A stretch of 61,967 nt of DNA, the filler included, from Nemertoderma westbladi (taxonomy: Eukaryota > Animalia > Xenacoelomorpha), in assembly GCA_032718475.1 (NCBI GenBank). It is 2 parts of 2 records of this genome, joined end to end, with 100 filler letters (N's around TTAATTAATTAA, not from the genome) between each part and the next. Parts side by side here need not be neighbours in the genome. Positions count along the whole stretch, not along the records: positions 31,612 to 61,967 come from JAUCBJ010003555.1; 1 more part is not named here. One strand, 5' to 3'. The notes beneath the pieces are model-generated. The model was not told the DNA's origin. It saw only the letters and a list, made by a program, of their open reading frames with translations, and did no database searches. Below, in pieces: positions 35,901 to 51,740 of the stretch. The position numbers were made by a program, and so were the translations under genes. Within the stretch, counting starts at the first letter, position 1, and each line of letters begins with the position of its first letter.

Positions 35901-38900
35901 TATAGATCAGTACTATAGGAACCTATAGATCAGTACTATATGAATCTATAGATCAGTACTATATGAACCTATAGATCAGTACTATAGGAACCTATAGATC
36001 AGTACTATAGGAACCTATAGATCAGTACTATATGAATCTATAGATCAGTACTATAGGAACCTATAGATCAGTACTATAGGAACCTATAGATCAGTACTAT
36101 AGGAACCTATAGATCAGTACTATATGAATCTATAGATCAGTACTATAGGAACCTATAGATCAGTACTATATGAATCTATAGATCAGTACTATATGAACCT
36201 ATAGATCAGTACTATAGGAACCTATAGATCAGTACTATATGAATCTATAGATCAGTACTATAGGAACCTATAGATCAGTACTATAGGAACCTATATATCG
36301 GTAATATAGGAACCTATACATCGGTACTATAAAGATCCTTTAGATCAGTACTATATGAACCTATAGATCAGTACTATATGAACCTATAGATCAGTACTAT
36401 ATTAACCTATACATCGGTACTATAAAGATCCTATAGATCAGTACTATAGGAACCTATAGATCAGTACTATATGAACCTATAGATCGGTACTATAAAGAAC
36501 CTATAGATAAGTACTATAGGAACCTATAGATCGGTACTATATGGACCTATAGATCAGTACTATAGGAACCTATAGATCAGTACTATATGAACCTATAGAT
36601 CAGTACTATATGAACCTATAGATCAATACTATATGAACCTATAGTCATCAGTACTATAGGAACCTATAGATCAGTACTATATGAACCTATAGATCAGTAC
36701 TATAGGAACCTATAGATCAGTACTATATGAATCTATAGATCAGTACTATAGGAACCTATAGATCAGTACTATAGGAACCTATATATCGGTACTATAGGAA
36801 CCTATACATCGGTACTATAAAGAACCTATAGATCAGTACTATAGGAGCCTAGATCAGTACTATATGAACCTATAGATCAGTACTATAGGAACCTATAGAT
36901 CAGTACTATAGAAGCCTATAGATCAGTACTATAGGAACCTATATATCGGTACTATAAAGAACCTATAGATCAGTACTATAAGAACCTATAGATTAGTACT
37001 ATAGGAACCTATAGATCAGTACTAATGGAACCTATAGATCAGTACTATAGGAACCTATAGATCAGTACTATAGGAACCTATAGATCAGTACTATAGGAAC
37101 CTATAGATCAGTACTATATGAACCTATAGATCATTATTATATGAACCTATAGATCAGTACGATATGAACCTATAGATCAGTACTATATGAACCTATAGAT
37201 CAGTACTATAGGAACCTATAGATCAGTACTATATGAACCTATAGATCAGTACTATAGGAACCTATAGATCAGTACTATATGAATCTATAGATCAGTACTA
37301 TATGAACCTATAGATCAGTACTATAGGAACCTATAGATCAGTACTATAGGAACCTATAGATCAGTACTATAGGAACCTATAGATCAGTACTATAGGAACC
37401 TATATATCGGTAATATAGGAACCTATACATCGGTACTATAAAGATCCTTTAGATCAGTACTATATGAACCTATAGATCGGTACTATAAAGAACCTATAGA
37501 TCAGTACTATATTAACCTATACATCGGTACTATAAAGATCCTATAGATCAGTACTATAGGAACCTATAGATCAGTACTATATGAATCTATAGATCAGTAC
37601 TATAGGAACCTATAGATCAGTACTATAGGAACCTATATATCGGTAATATAGGAACCTATACATCGGTACTATAAAGATCCTTTAGATCAGTACTATATGA
37701 ACCTATAGATCGGTACTATAAAGAACCTATAGATCAGTACTATATTAACCTATACATCGGTACTATAAAGATCCTATAGATCAGTACTATAGGAACCTAT
37801 AGATCAGTACTATATGAACCTATAGATCGGTACTATAAAGAACCTATAGATAAGTACTATAGGAACCTATAGATCAGTACTATATGGACCTATAGATCAG
37901 TACTATAGGAACCTATAGATCAGTACTATATGAACCTATAGATCAGTACTATAAGAACCTTAGATCAATACTATATGAACCTATAGATCAGCACTATAGG
38001 AACCTATAGATCAGTACTATATGAACCTATAGATCAGTACTATATGAATCTATAGATCAGTACTATAGGAACCTATAGATCAGTACTATAGGAACCTATA
38101 TATCGGTACTATAGGAACCTATACATCGGTACTATAAAGATCCTATAGATCAGTACTATATGAACCTATAGATCAGTACTATATGGACCTATAGATCAGT
38201 ACTATATGGACCTATAGATCAGTACTATATTAACCTATACATCGGTACTATAAAGATCCTATAGATCAGTACTATAGGAACCTATAGATCAGTACTATAT
38301 GTACCTATAGATCGGTACTATAAAGAACCTATAGATAAGTACTATAGGAACCTATAGATCGGTACTATATGGACCTATAGATCAGTACTATAGGAACCTA
38401 TAGATCAGTACTATAGGAACCTATAGATCAGTACTATATGAACCTATAGATCAGTACTATAGGAACCTATAGATCAGTACTATAGGAACCTATAGATCAG
38501 TACTATAGGAACCTATAGATCAGTACTATATGAACCTATAGATCATTACTATATGAACCTATAGATCAGTACTATAGGAACCTATAGATCAGTACTATAT
38601 GAATCTATAGATCAGTACTATAGGAACCTATAGATCAGTACTATAGGAACCTATAGATCAGTACTATAGGAACCTATAGATCAGTACTATAGGAACCTAT
38701 AGATCAGTACTATAGGAACCTATAGATCAGTACTATATGAATCTATAGATCAGTACTATAGGAACCTATAGATCAGTACTATATGAATCTATAGATCAGT
38801 ACTATATGAACCTATAGATCAGTACTATAGGAACCTATAGATCAGTACTATAGGAACCTATAGATCAGTACTATATGAATCTATAGATCAGTACTATAGG

Positions 38901-41900
38901 AACCTATAGATCAGTACTATAGGAACCTATAGATCAGTACTATAGGAACCTATAGATCAGTACTATATGAATCTATAGATCAGTACTATAGGAACCTATA
39001 GATCAGTACTATATGAATCTATAGATCAGTACTATAGGAACCTATAGATCAGTACTATAGGAACCTATATATCGGTAATATAGGAACCTATACATCGGTA
39101 CTATAAAGATCCTTTAGATCAGTACTATATGAACCTATAGATCAGTACTATATGAACCTATAGATCAGTACTATATTAACCTATACATCGGTACTATAAA
39201 GATCCTATAGATCAGTACTATAGGAACCTATAGATCAGTACTATATGAACCTATAGATCGGTACTATAAAGAACCTATAGATAAGTACTATAGGAACCTA
39301 TAGATCGGTACTATATGGACCTATAGATCAGTACTATAGGAACCTATAGATCAGTACTATATGAACCTATAGATCAGTACTATATGAACCTATAGATCAA
39401 TACTATATGAACCTATAGATCAGTACTATAGGAACCTATAGATCAGTACTATATGAACCTATAGATCAGTACTATAGGAACCTATAGATCAGTACTATAT
39501 GAATCTATAGATCAGTACTATAGGAACCTATAGATCAGTACTATAGGAACCTATACATCGGTACTATAAAGAACCTATAGATCAGTACTATAGGAGCCTA
39601 GATCAGTACTATATGAACCTATAGATCAGTACTATAGGAACCTATAGATCAGTACTATAGAAACCTATAGATCAGTACTATAGGAACCTATATATCGGTA
39701 CTATAAAGAACCTATAGATCAGTACTATAAGAACCTATAGATTAGTACTATAGGAACCTATAGATCAGTACTAATGGAACCTATAGATCAGTACTATAGG
39801 AACCTATAGATCAGTACTATAGGAACCTATAGATCAGTACTATAGGAACCTATAGATCAGTACTATATGAACCTATAGATCATTATTATATGAACCTATA
39901 GATCAGTACTATAGGAACCTATAGATCAGTACTATAGGAACCTATAGATCAGTACTATATGAACCTATAGTTCAGTACTATATGAATCTATAGATCAGTA
40001 CTATATGAACCTATAGATCAGTACTATAGGAACCTATAGATCAGTACTATATGAACCTATAGATCATTATTATATGAACCTATAGATCAGTACTATAGGA
40101 ACCTATAGATCAGTACTATATGAACCTATAGATCAGTACTATAGGAACCTATAGATCAGTACTATATGAACCTATAGATCAGTACTATAGGAACCTATAG
40201 ATCAGTACTATATGAATCTATAGATCAGTACTATATGAACCTATAGATCAGTACTATAGGAACCTATAGATCAGTACTATAGGAACCTATAGATCAGTAC
40301 TATAGGAACCTATAGATCAGTACTATAGGAACCTATATATCGGTAATATAGGAACCTATACATCGGTACTATAAAGATCCTTTAGATCAGTACTATATGA
40401 ACCTATAGATCGGTACTATAAAGAACCTATAGATCAGTACTATATTAACCTATACATCGGTACTATAAAGATCCTATAGATCAGTACTATAGGAACCTAT
40501 AGATCAGTACTATATGAATCTATAGATCAGTACTATAGGAACCTATAGATCAGTACTATAGGAACCTATATATCGGTAATATAGGAACCTATACATCGGT
40601 ACTATAAAGATCCTTTAGATCAGTACTATATGAACCTATAGATCGGTACTATAAAGAACCTATAGATCAGTACTATATTAACCTATACATCGGTACTATA
40701 AAGATCCTATAGATCAGTACTATAGGAACCTATAGATCAGTACTATATGAACCTATAGATCGGTACTATAAAGAACCTATAGATAAGTACTATAGGAACC
40801 TATAGATCAGTACTATATGGACCTATAGATCAGTACTATAGGAACCTATAGATCAGTACTATATGAACCTATAGATCAGTACTATAAGAACCTTAGATCA
40901 ATACTATATGAACCTATAGATCAGCACTATAGGAACCTATAGATCAGTACTATATGAACCTATAGATCAGTACTATAGGAACCTATAGATCAGTACTATA
41001 TGAATCTATAGATCAGTACTATAGGAACCTATAGATCAGTACTATAGGAACCTATATATCGGTACTATAGGAACCTATACATCGGTACTATAAAGATCCT
41101 ATAGATCAGTACTATATGAACCTATAGATCAGTACTATATGGACCTATAGATCAGTACTATATGGACCTATAGATCAGTACTATATTAACCTATACATCG
41201 GTACTATAAAGATCCTATAGATCAGTACTATAGGAACCTATAGATCAGTACTATATGTACCTATAGATCGGTACTATAAAGAACCTATAGATAAGTACTA
41301 TAGGAACCTATAGATCGGTACTATATGGACCTATAGATCAGTACTATAGGAACCTATAGATCAGTACTATATGAACCTATAGATCAGTACTATATGAACC
41401 TATAGATCAATACTATATGAACCTATAGATCAGTACTATATGAACCTATAGGTCATTACTATATGAACCTATAGATCAGTACTATAGGAACCTATAGATC
41501 AGTACTATATGTACCTATAGATCAGTACTATATGAACCTATAGATCAGTACTATATGAACCTATAGATCAGTACTATATGAACGTATAGATCATTACTAT
41601 ATGAACCTATAGATCAGTACTATAGGAACCTATAGATCAGTACTATAGGAACCTATAGATCAGTACTATAGGAACCTATAGATCTGTACTATAAGAACCT
41701 ATAGATCAGTACTATATGAACCTATAGATCGGTACTATAAAGAACCTATAGATAAGTACTATAGGAACCTATAGATCGGTACTATATGGACCTATAGATC
41801 AGTACTATATGAACCTATAGATCAGTACTATAGGAACCTATAGATCAGTACTATATGGACCTATAGATCGGTACTGTATGAATCTATAGATCAGTACTAT

Positions 41901-44900
41901 ATGAATCTATAGATCAATACTATCTGGACCTATATATCAGTACTATATGAACCTATAGATCAGTACTATAGGAACCTATAGATCGGTACTATATGGACCT
42001 ATAGATCAGTACTATATGAACCTATAGATCAGTACTATAGGAACCTATAGATCAGTACTATATGGACCTATAGATCGGTACTGTATGAATCTATAGATCA
42101 GTACTATATGAATCTATAGATCAGTACTATCTGGACCTATATATCAGTACTATATGAACCTATAGATCAGTACTATATGAACCTATAGATCAGTACTATA
42201 GGAGCCTAGATCAGTACTATAGGAACCTATAGATCAGTACTATAGGAACCTATAGATCAGTACTATAGGAACCTATAGATCGGTACTATAAGAACCTATA
42301 GATCAGTACTATATGAACCTATAGATCGGTACTATAAAGAACTATAGATCATTACTATATGAACCTATAGATCAGTACTATAGGAACCTATAGATCAGTA
42401 CTATAGGAACCTATAGATCAGTACTATAGGAACCTATAGATCGGTACTATAAGAACCTATAGATCAGTACTATATGAACCTATAGATCGGTACTATAAAG
42501 AACTATAGATCAGTACTATAGGAACCTATAGATCAGTACTATATGAACCTATAGATCAGTACTATATGAACCTATAGATCAGTACTATAGGAACCTATAG
42601 ATCAGTACTATATGGACCTATAGATCGGTACTGTATGAATCTATAGATCAGTACTATATGAATCTATAGATCAGTACTATCTGGACCTATATATGAGTAC
42701 TATATGAACCTATAGATCAGTACTATATGGACCTATAGATCGGTACTGTATGAATCTATAGATCAGTACTATATTAATCTATAGATCAGTACTATCTGGA
42801 CCTATATATCAGTACTATATGAACCTATAAATCAGTACTATATGAATCTATAGATCAGTACTATATGAATCTATAAATCAGTACTATCTGGACCTATATA
42901 TCAGTACTATATGAACCTATAGATCGGTACTATATGGACCTATAGATCGGTACTATATGAACCTATAGATCATTACTATAGGGACCTATAGATCAGTACT
43001 ATAGGAACCTATAGATCAGTACTATAGGAACCTATAGATCAGTACTATATGGACCTATATATCAGTACTATATGAATCTATAGATCAGTACTATATGGAC
43101 CTATAGATCAGTACTATATGAACCTATAGATCAGTACTATAGGAACCTATAGATCAGTACTATATGAATCTATAGATCAGTACTATATGAATCTATAGAT
43201 CAGTACCTACTATAGGAATCTATATATCGGTACTATAAAGAACCTATAGATCAGTACTATAGGAACCTATAGATCAGTACTATATGAATCTATAGATCAG
43301 TACTATAGGAACCTATATATCGGTACTATAAAGAACCTATAGATCAGTACTATAGGAACCTATAGATCAGTACTATATGAATCTATAGATCAGTACTATA
43401 GGAACCTATATATCGGTACTATAAAGAACCTATAGATCAGTACTATATGAATCTATAGATCAGTACTATATGAATCTATAGATCAGTACTATAGGAACCT
43501 ATATATCGGTACTATAAAGAACCTATAGATCAGTACTATAGGAATCTATAGATCAGTACTATATGAATCTATAGATCAGTACTATATGAATCTATAGATC
43601 AGTACTATAGGAACCTATATATCGGTACTATAAAGAACCTATAGATCAGTACTATAGGAACCTATAGATCGGTACTATAAAGAACCTATAGATCAGTACT
43701 ATAGGAACCTATATATCGGTACTATAAAGAACCTATAGATCAGTACTATAGGAATCTATAGATCAGTACTATATGAATCTATTGATCAGTACTATATGAA
43801 TCTATAGATCAGTACTATATGAATCTATAGATCAGTACTATATGAACCTATAGATCAGTACTATAGGAACCTATAGATCAGTACTATATGAATCTATAGA
43901 TCAGTACTATATGAATCTATAGATCAGTACTATATGAATCTATAGATCAGTACTATATGAACCTATAGATCAGTACTATAGGAATCTATAGATCAGTACT
44001 ATATGAATCTATAGATCAGTACTATATGAATCTATAGATCAGTACTATATGAACCTATAGATCATTACTATATGATCCTATAGATCGGTACTATATGAAC
44101 CTATAGATCAGTACTATATGAACCTATAGATCAGTACTATATGAACCTATAGATCAGTACTATATGAACCTATAGATCAGTACTATAGGAACCTATAGAT
44201 CAGTACTATATGAACCTATAGATCAGTACTATATGAACCTATAGATCAGTACTATATGAACCTATAGATTAGTACTATATGAACCTATAGATCAGTACTA
44301 TAGGAACCTATAGATCAGTACTATATGAACCTATAGATCAGTACTATATGAACCTATAGATCAGTACTATATGAACCTATAGATCAGTACTATATGAACC
44401 TATAGACCAGTACTATATGAATCTATAGATCAGTACTATATGAATCTATAGATCAGTACTATATGAACCTATAGATCAGTACTATATGAACCTATAGATC
44501 AGTACTATATGAACCTATAGATCAGTACTATATGAACCTATAGATCAGTACTATATGAACCTATAGATCAGTACTATATGAATCTATAGATCAGTACTAT
44601 ATGAACCTATAGATCGGTACTATATGAACCTATAGATCAGTACAATATGAACCTATAGATCAGTACTATATGAACCTATAGATCGGTACTATATGGACCT
44701 ATAGATCAGTACGATAGGAACCTATAGATCAGTACTATAGGAACATATAGATCGGTACTATAGGAACCTATAGATCGGTACTATAAAGAACCTATAGATC
44801 AGTACTATAGGAACCTATAGATCAGTACTATAGGAACCTATAGATCAGTACTATATGAACCTATAGATCGGTACTATAAAGAACTATAGATCAGTACTAT

Positions 44901-47900
44901 ATGAACCTATAGATCAGTACTGTATGAATCTATAGATCGGTACTATAAAGAACCTATAGATCAGTACTATAGGAACCTATAGATCAGTACTATAGGAACC
45001 TATAGATCAGTACTGTAGGAACCTATAGATCAGTACTATATGAACCTATAGATCGGCACTATGAAGAACTATAGATCAGTACTATATGAACCTATAGATC
45101 AGTACTGTATGAATCTATAGATCGGTACTATAAAGAACCTATAGATCAGTACTATATGAATCTATAGATCAGTACTATATGAATCTATAGATCAGTACTA
45201 TATGAACCTATAGATCAGTACTGTATGAATCTATAGATCGGTACTATAAAGAACCTATAGATCAGTACTATATGAACCTATAGATCAGTACTATATGAAC
45301 CTATAGATCGGTACTATATGAACCTATAGATCAGTACTATATGAACCTATAGATCGGTACTATATGGACCTATAGATCGGTACTATATGAACCTATAGAT
45401 CAGTACTATATGAACCTATAGATCGGTACTATATGGACCTATAGATCGGTACTATATGAACCTATAGATCGGTACTATATGAACCTATAGATCAGTACTA
45501 TATGAACCTATAGATCAGTACTATATGAACCTATAGATCAGTACTATATGAACCTATAGATCAGTACTATAGGAACCTATAGATCAGTACTATATGAACC
45601 TATAGATCAGTACTATATGAACCTATAGATCAGTACTATATGAACCTATAGATTAGTACTATATGAACCTATAGATCAGTACTATAGGAACCTATAGATC
45701 AGTACTATATGAACCTATAGATCAGTACTATATGAACCTATAGATCAGTACTATATGAACCTATAGATCAGTACTATATGAACCTATAGATCAGTACTAT
45801 ATGAATCTATAGATCAGTACTATATGAATCTATAGATCAGTACTATATGAACCTATAGATCAGTACTATATGAACCTATAGATTAGTACTATATGAACCT
45901 ATAGATCAGTACTATATGAACCTATAGATTAGTACTATATGAACCTATAGATCAGTACTATAGGAACCTATAGATCAGTACTATATGAACCTATAGATCA
46001 GTACTATATGAACCTATAGATCAGTACTATATGAACCTATAGATCAGTACTATATGAACCTATAGATCAGTACTATATGAACCTATAGATCAGTACTATA
46101 TGAACCTATAGATCAGTACTATATGAACCTATAGATCAGTACTATATGAACCTATAGATCAGTACTATATGAATCTATAGATCAGTACTATATGAATCTA
46201 TAGATCAGTACTATATGAACCTATAGATCAGTACTATATGAACCTATAGATCAGTACTATATGAACCTATAGATCAGTACTATATGAATCTATAGATCAG
46301 TACTATATGAACCTATAGATCGGTACTATATGAACCTATAGATCAGTACAATATGAACCTATAGATCAGTACTATATGAACCTATAGATCGGTACTATAT
46401 GGACCTATAGATCAGTACGATAGGAACCTATAGATCAGTACTATAGGAACATATCGATCGGTACTATAGGAACCTATAGATCGGTACTATAAAGAACCTA
46501 TAGATCAGTACTATAGGAACCTATAGATCAGTACTATAGGAACCTATAGATCAGTACTATATGAACCTATAGATCGGTACTATAAAGAACTATAGATCAG
46601 TACTATATGAACCTATAGATCAGTACTGTATGAATCTATAGATCGGTACTATAAAGAACCTATAGATCAGTACTATAGGAACCTATAGATCAGTACTATA
46701 GGAACCTATAGATCAGTACTGTAGGAACCTATAGATCAGTACTATATGAACCTATAGATCGGTACTATAAAGAACTATAGATCAGTACTATATGAACCTA
46801 TAGATCAGTACTGTATGAATCTATAGATCGGTACTATAAAGAACCTATAGATCAGTACTATATGAATCTATAGATCAGTACTATATGAATCTATAGATCA
46901 GTACTATATGAACCTATAGATCAGTACTGTATGAATCTATAGATCGGTACTATAAAGAACCTATAGATCAGTACTATATGAACCTATAGATCAGTACTAT
47001 ATGAACCTATAGATCGGTACTATATGAACCTATAGATCAGTACTATATGAACCTATAGATCGGTACTATATGGACCTATAGATCAGTACTATATGAACCT
47101 ATAGACCAGTACTATATGAATCTATAGATCAGTACTATATGAATCTATAGATCAGTACTATATGAACCTATAGATCAGTACTATATGAACCTATAGATCA
47201 GTACTATATGAACCTATAGATCAGTACTATATGAACCTATAGATCAGTACTATATGAACCTATAGATCAGTACTATATGAATCTATAGATCAGTACTATA
47301 TGAACCTATAGATCGGTACTATATGAACCTATAGATCAGTACAATATGAACCTATAGATCAGTACTATATGAACCTATAGATCGGTACTATATGGACCTA
47401 TAGATCAGTACGATAGGAACCTATAGATCAGTACTATAGGAACATATAGATCGGTACTATAGGAACCTATAGATCGGTACTATAAAGAACCTATAGATCA
47501 GTACTATAGGAACCTATAGATCAGTACTATAGGAACCTATAGATCAGTACTATATGAACCTATAGATCGGTACTATAAAGAACTATAGATCAGTACTATA
47601 TGAACCTATAGATCAGTACTGTATGAATCTATAGATCGGTACTATAAAGAACCTATAGATCAGTACTATAGGAACCTATAGATCAGTACTATAGGAACCT
47701 ATAGATCAGTACTGTAGGAACCTATAGATCAGTACTATATGAACCTATAGATCGGTACTATGAAGAACTATAGATCAGTACTATATGAACCTATAGATCA
47801 GTACTGTATGAATCTATAGATCGGTACTATAAAGAACCTATAGATCAGTACTATATGAATCTATAGATCAGTACTATATGAATCTATAGATCAGTACTAT

Positions 47901-50590
47901 ATGAACCTATAGATCAGTACTGTATGAATCTATAGATCGGTACTATAAAGAACCTATAGATCAGTACTATATGAACCTATAGATCAGTACTATATGAACC
48001 TATAGATCGGTACTATATGAACCTATAGATCAGTACTATATGAACCTATAGATCGGTACTATATGGACCTATAGATCGGTACTATATGAACCTATAGATC
48101 AGTACTATATGAACCTATAGATCGGTACTATATGGACCTATAGATCGGTACTATATGAACCTATAGATCGGTACTATATGAACCTATAGATCAGTACTAT
48201 ATGAACCTATAGATCAGTACTATATGAACCTATAGATCAGTACTATATGAACCTATAGATCAGTACTATAGGAACCTATAGATCAGTACTATATGAACCT
48301 ATAGATCAGTACTATATGAACCTATAGATCAGTACTATATGAACCTATAGATTAGTACTATATGAACCTATAGATCAGTACTATAGGAACCTATAGATCA
48401 GTACTATATGAACCTATAGATCAGTACTATATGAACCTATAGATCAGTACTATATGAACCTATAGATCAGTACTATATGAACCTATAGATCAGTACTATA
48501 TGAATCTATAGATCAGTACTATATGAATCTATAGATCAGTACTATATGAACCTATAGATCAGTACTATATGAACCTATAGATTAGTACTATATGAACCTA
48601 TAGATCAGTACTATATGAACCTATAGATTAGTACTATATGAACCTATAGATCAGTACTATAGGAACCTATAGATCAGTACTATATGAACCTATAGATCAG
48701 TACTATATGAACCTATAGATCAGTACTATATGAACCTATAGATCAGTACTATATGAACCTATAGATCAGTACTATATGAACCTATAGATCAGTACTATAT
48801 GAACCTATAGATCAGTACTATATGAACCTATAGATCAGTACTATATGAACCTATAGATCAGTACTATATGAATCTATAGATCAGTACTATATGAATCTAT
48901 AGATCAGTACTATATGAACCTATAGATCAGTACTATATGAACCTATAGATCAGTACTATATGAACCTATAGATCAGTACTATATGAATCTATAGATCAGT
49001 ACTATATGAACCTATAGATCGGTACTATATGAACCTATAGATCAGTACAATATGAACCTATAGATCAGTACTATATGAACCTATAGATCGGTACTATATG
49101 GACCTATAGATCAGTACGATAGGAACCTATAGATCAGTACTATAGGAACATATCGATCGGTACTATAGGAACCTATAGATCGGTACTATAAAGAACCTAT
49201 AGATCAGTACTATAGGAACCTATAGATCAGTACTATAGGAACCTATAGATCAGTACTATATGAACCTATAGATCGGTACTATAAAGAACTATAGATCAGT
49301 ACTATATGAACCTATAGATCAGTACTGTATGAATCTATAGATCGGTACTATAAAGAACCTATAGATCAGTACTATAGGAACCTATAGATCAGTACTATAG
49401 GAACCTATAGATCAGTACTGTAGGAACCTATAGATCAGTACTATATGAACCTATAGATCGGTACTATAAAGAACTATAGATCAGTACTATATGAACCTAT
49501 AGATCAGTACTGTATGAATCTATAGATCGGTACTATAAAGAACCTATAGATCAGTACTATATGAATCTATAGATCAGTACTATATGAATCTATAGATCAG
49601 TACTATATGAACCTATAGATCAGTACTGTATGAATCTATAGATCGGTACTATAAAGAACCTATAGATCAGTACTATATGAACCTATAGATCAGTACTATA
49701 TGAACCTATAGATCGGTACTATATGAACCTATAGATCAGTACTATATGAACCTATAGATCGGTACTATATGGACCTATAGATCGGTACTATATGAACCTA
49801 TAGATCAGTACTATATGAACCTATAGATCGGTACTATATGGACCTATAGATCGGTACTATATGAACCTATAGATCGGTACTATATGAACCTATAGATCGG
49901 TACTATATGAACCTATAGATCAGTACTATATGAACCTATAGATCGCTACTATATGGACCTATAGATCAGTACTATATGAACCTATAGATCAGTACTATAT
50001 GAACCTATAGATCAGTACTATATGAACCTATAGATCAGTACTATATGAACCTATAGATCGGTACTATAAAGAACTATAGATCAGTACTATATGAACCTAT
50101 AGATCAGTACTGTATGAATCTATAGATCGGTACTATAAAGATCCTATAGATCAGTACTATATGGACCTATAGATCAGTACTATATGAACCTATAGATCAG
50201 TACTGTATGAATCTATAGATCGGTACTATAAAGAACATATAGATCAGTACTATATGAACCTATAGATCAGTTCTGTATGAATCTATAGATCGGTACTATA
50301 TGAATCTATAGATCAGTACTATATGAATCTATAGATCAGTACTATATGAATCTATAGATCGGTACTATATGGACCTATAGTTCAGTGCTGTATGGATCTA
50401 TAGATCGGTACTTTAAAGAACTATAGATCAGTACTATATGAACCTATAGATCAGTACTATAAAGAACCTATAGATCAGTACTATATGAACCTATAGATCA
50501 GTACTATAGGAACCTATAGATCAGTACTATATGAACCTATAGATCAGTACTATATGAACCTATAGATCAGTACTATAGGAACCTATAGGT
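32973..50590. repeat. 17.6-kb satellite array of a 23-bp monomer CCTATAGATCAGTACTATA(G/T)GAA (roughly 760 copies)
   Basis: Uninterrupted tandem array with period 23 (for example ATCAGTA at 33301 and 33324). No ORFs in the track. Confidence 0.99.
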
Positions 50591-50610
50591 CATTATTATC
50601 GCAAACTTAC

Positions 50611-50703
50611 CTTGTTTATCCAAAAAAGTACTTCTTCACCAAAAGGCAAATTACTACGGAACTCATCATCGGTGTCTGATTCATCTGATGAGTAACTCAT
50701 CAT
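50611..50703 (-). CDS. First coding exon of a CAP/SCP domain gene
   Basis: ATG at 50703, MMSYSSDESDTDDEFRSNLPFGEEVLFWINK, then consensus donor AAG|gtaagt, phase 0. Joined to exon 2 it reads EVLFWINKIRERHGSPPVQYSYDLEGRANAAA, like the N-terminal CAP helix pattern L..hN.yR..Hg.pp......L...A...A. Confidence 0.7.
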
Positions 50704-51237
50704 TAATAATACTCAGTAACTAACAGCTAAGAATTACCAATGTAATTAATTAATGTGTTTCCCAAACTTATTATTCTGGTTTAAAAACAATAACTAACAC
50801 AAAGGATTTCAACAAATGACAACTGGCTGATGGGTAATCTAGCCCTAACCTAGTAGTAGTTGATCGGTGTTATAGCGCACAAAAAGTTATAAAGCAGGTA
50901 CAAACCGCACACGAACAACAGCAATAGACATTATATAGCCTGTTATTTGCCCAGTGACTTTAATTTCACCATATTCCAGGGTTAGTGTTTACGGATATTG
51001 GGTTATCTCTAATCCTTTATAATCGCTCCATTCACACTCAATCGCAATTGTTCAAACAAAAGATAATATATTGTTACCTTTGTGTTGGAGATGTAACTTT
51101 GTAAGATATTGCCAAAATAATATTATCCATTACTATGATAACATATTGTCGTAGATAACTATTTGTATTTCCAGGTAAGATATCTATTTTATTTTTCCAC
51201 GATAAAACACTTTGTATAACGCTACGTGAGGTACAGA

Positions 51238-51740
51238 TACTACTACTAGATCGAGCAAGTTCGGACAGTGGAAATGAGACCCTTCCAGGTTTCCCTATTC
51301 TCCATAGTTGTCGCAGTTTCGTTTTTAATCAAGTCCAGCATATCTTTCAAGTTGGTCTATATATGTTATAGCACTTATAGTCGGTCGTCCACGACTACGC
51401 TTTCTTTGAGTTGGTTACCACAAAAGTAGCTCTGGTATGACCTCGTCTTTACTTCGCCAGCAGTGCCCACTGAATCTTAATCTGCGTTCACGGAGGGTGG
51501 TTGATACAGGTGGTATTGTACCATAAAGCTTGGCGTTTGTCATGTGTTGTCTCCAGCTGATGTTTAGTTTTGTTCTTAGTAGTCTTGTGTAGCAACCATC
51601 AATTCGTTGTTCAATTGATTTAGTCAGAGTCCAGGCCTCACCTCCGTATAAAAGTATACTTTCCACTATGACTCGAAAGAACTTAGTCTTCAGTGCCTGG
51701 AGAGATCTGATTTCCAGATGGTATCAATTTTTGATAGAGA
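51238..51740 (-). mobile_element. 5'-truncated RTE-clade LINE (second family)
   Basis: ESILLYGGEAWTLTK...RRLRFSGHCWR, a premature stop, and a (TAG)n tail at ~51240. Confidence 0.85.

Noticed and set aside
32973-50590. CRISPR-like array
   Set aside because: Monomers abut with no unique spacers, the context is eukaryotic, and there are no cas genes.
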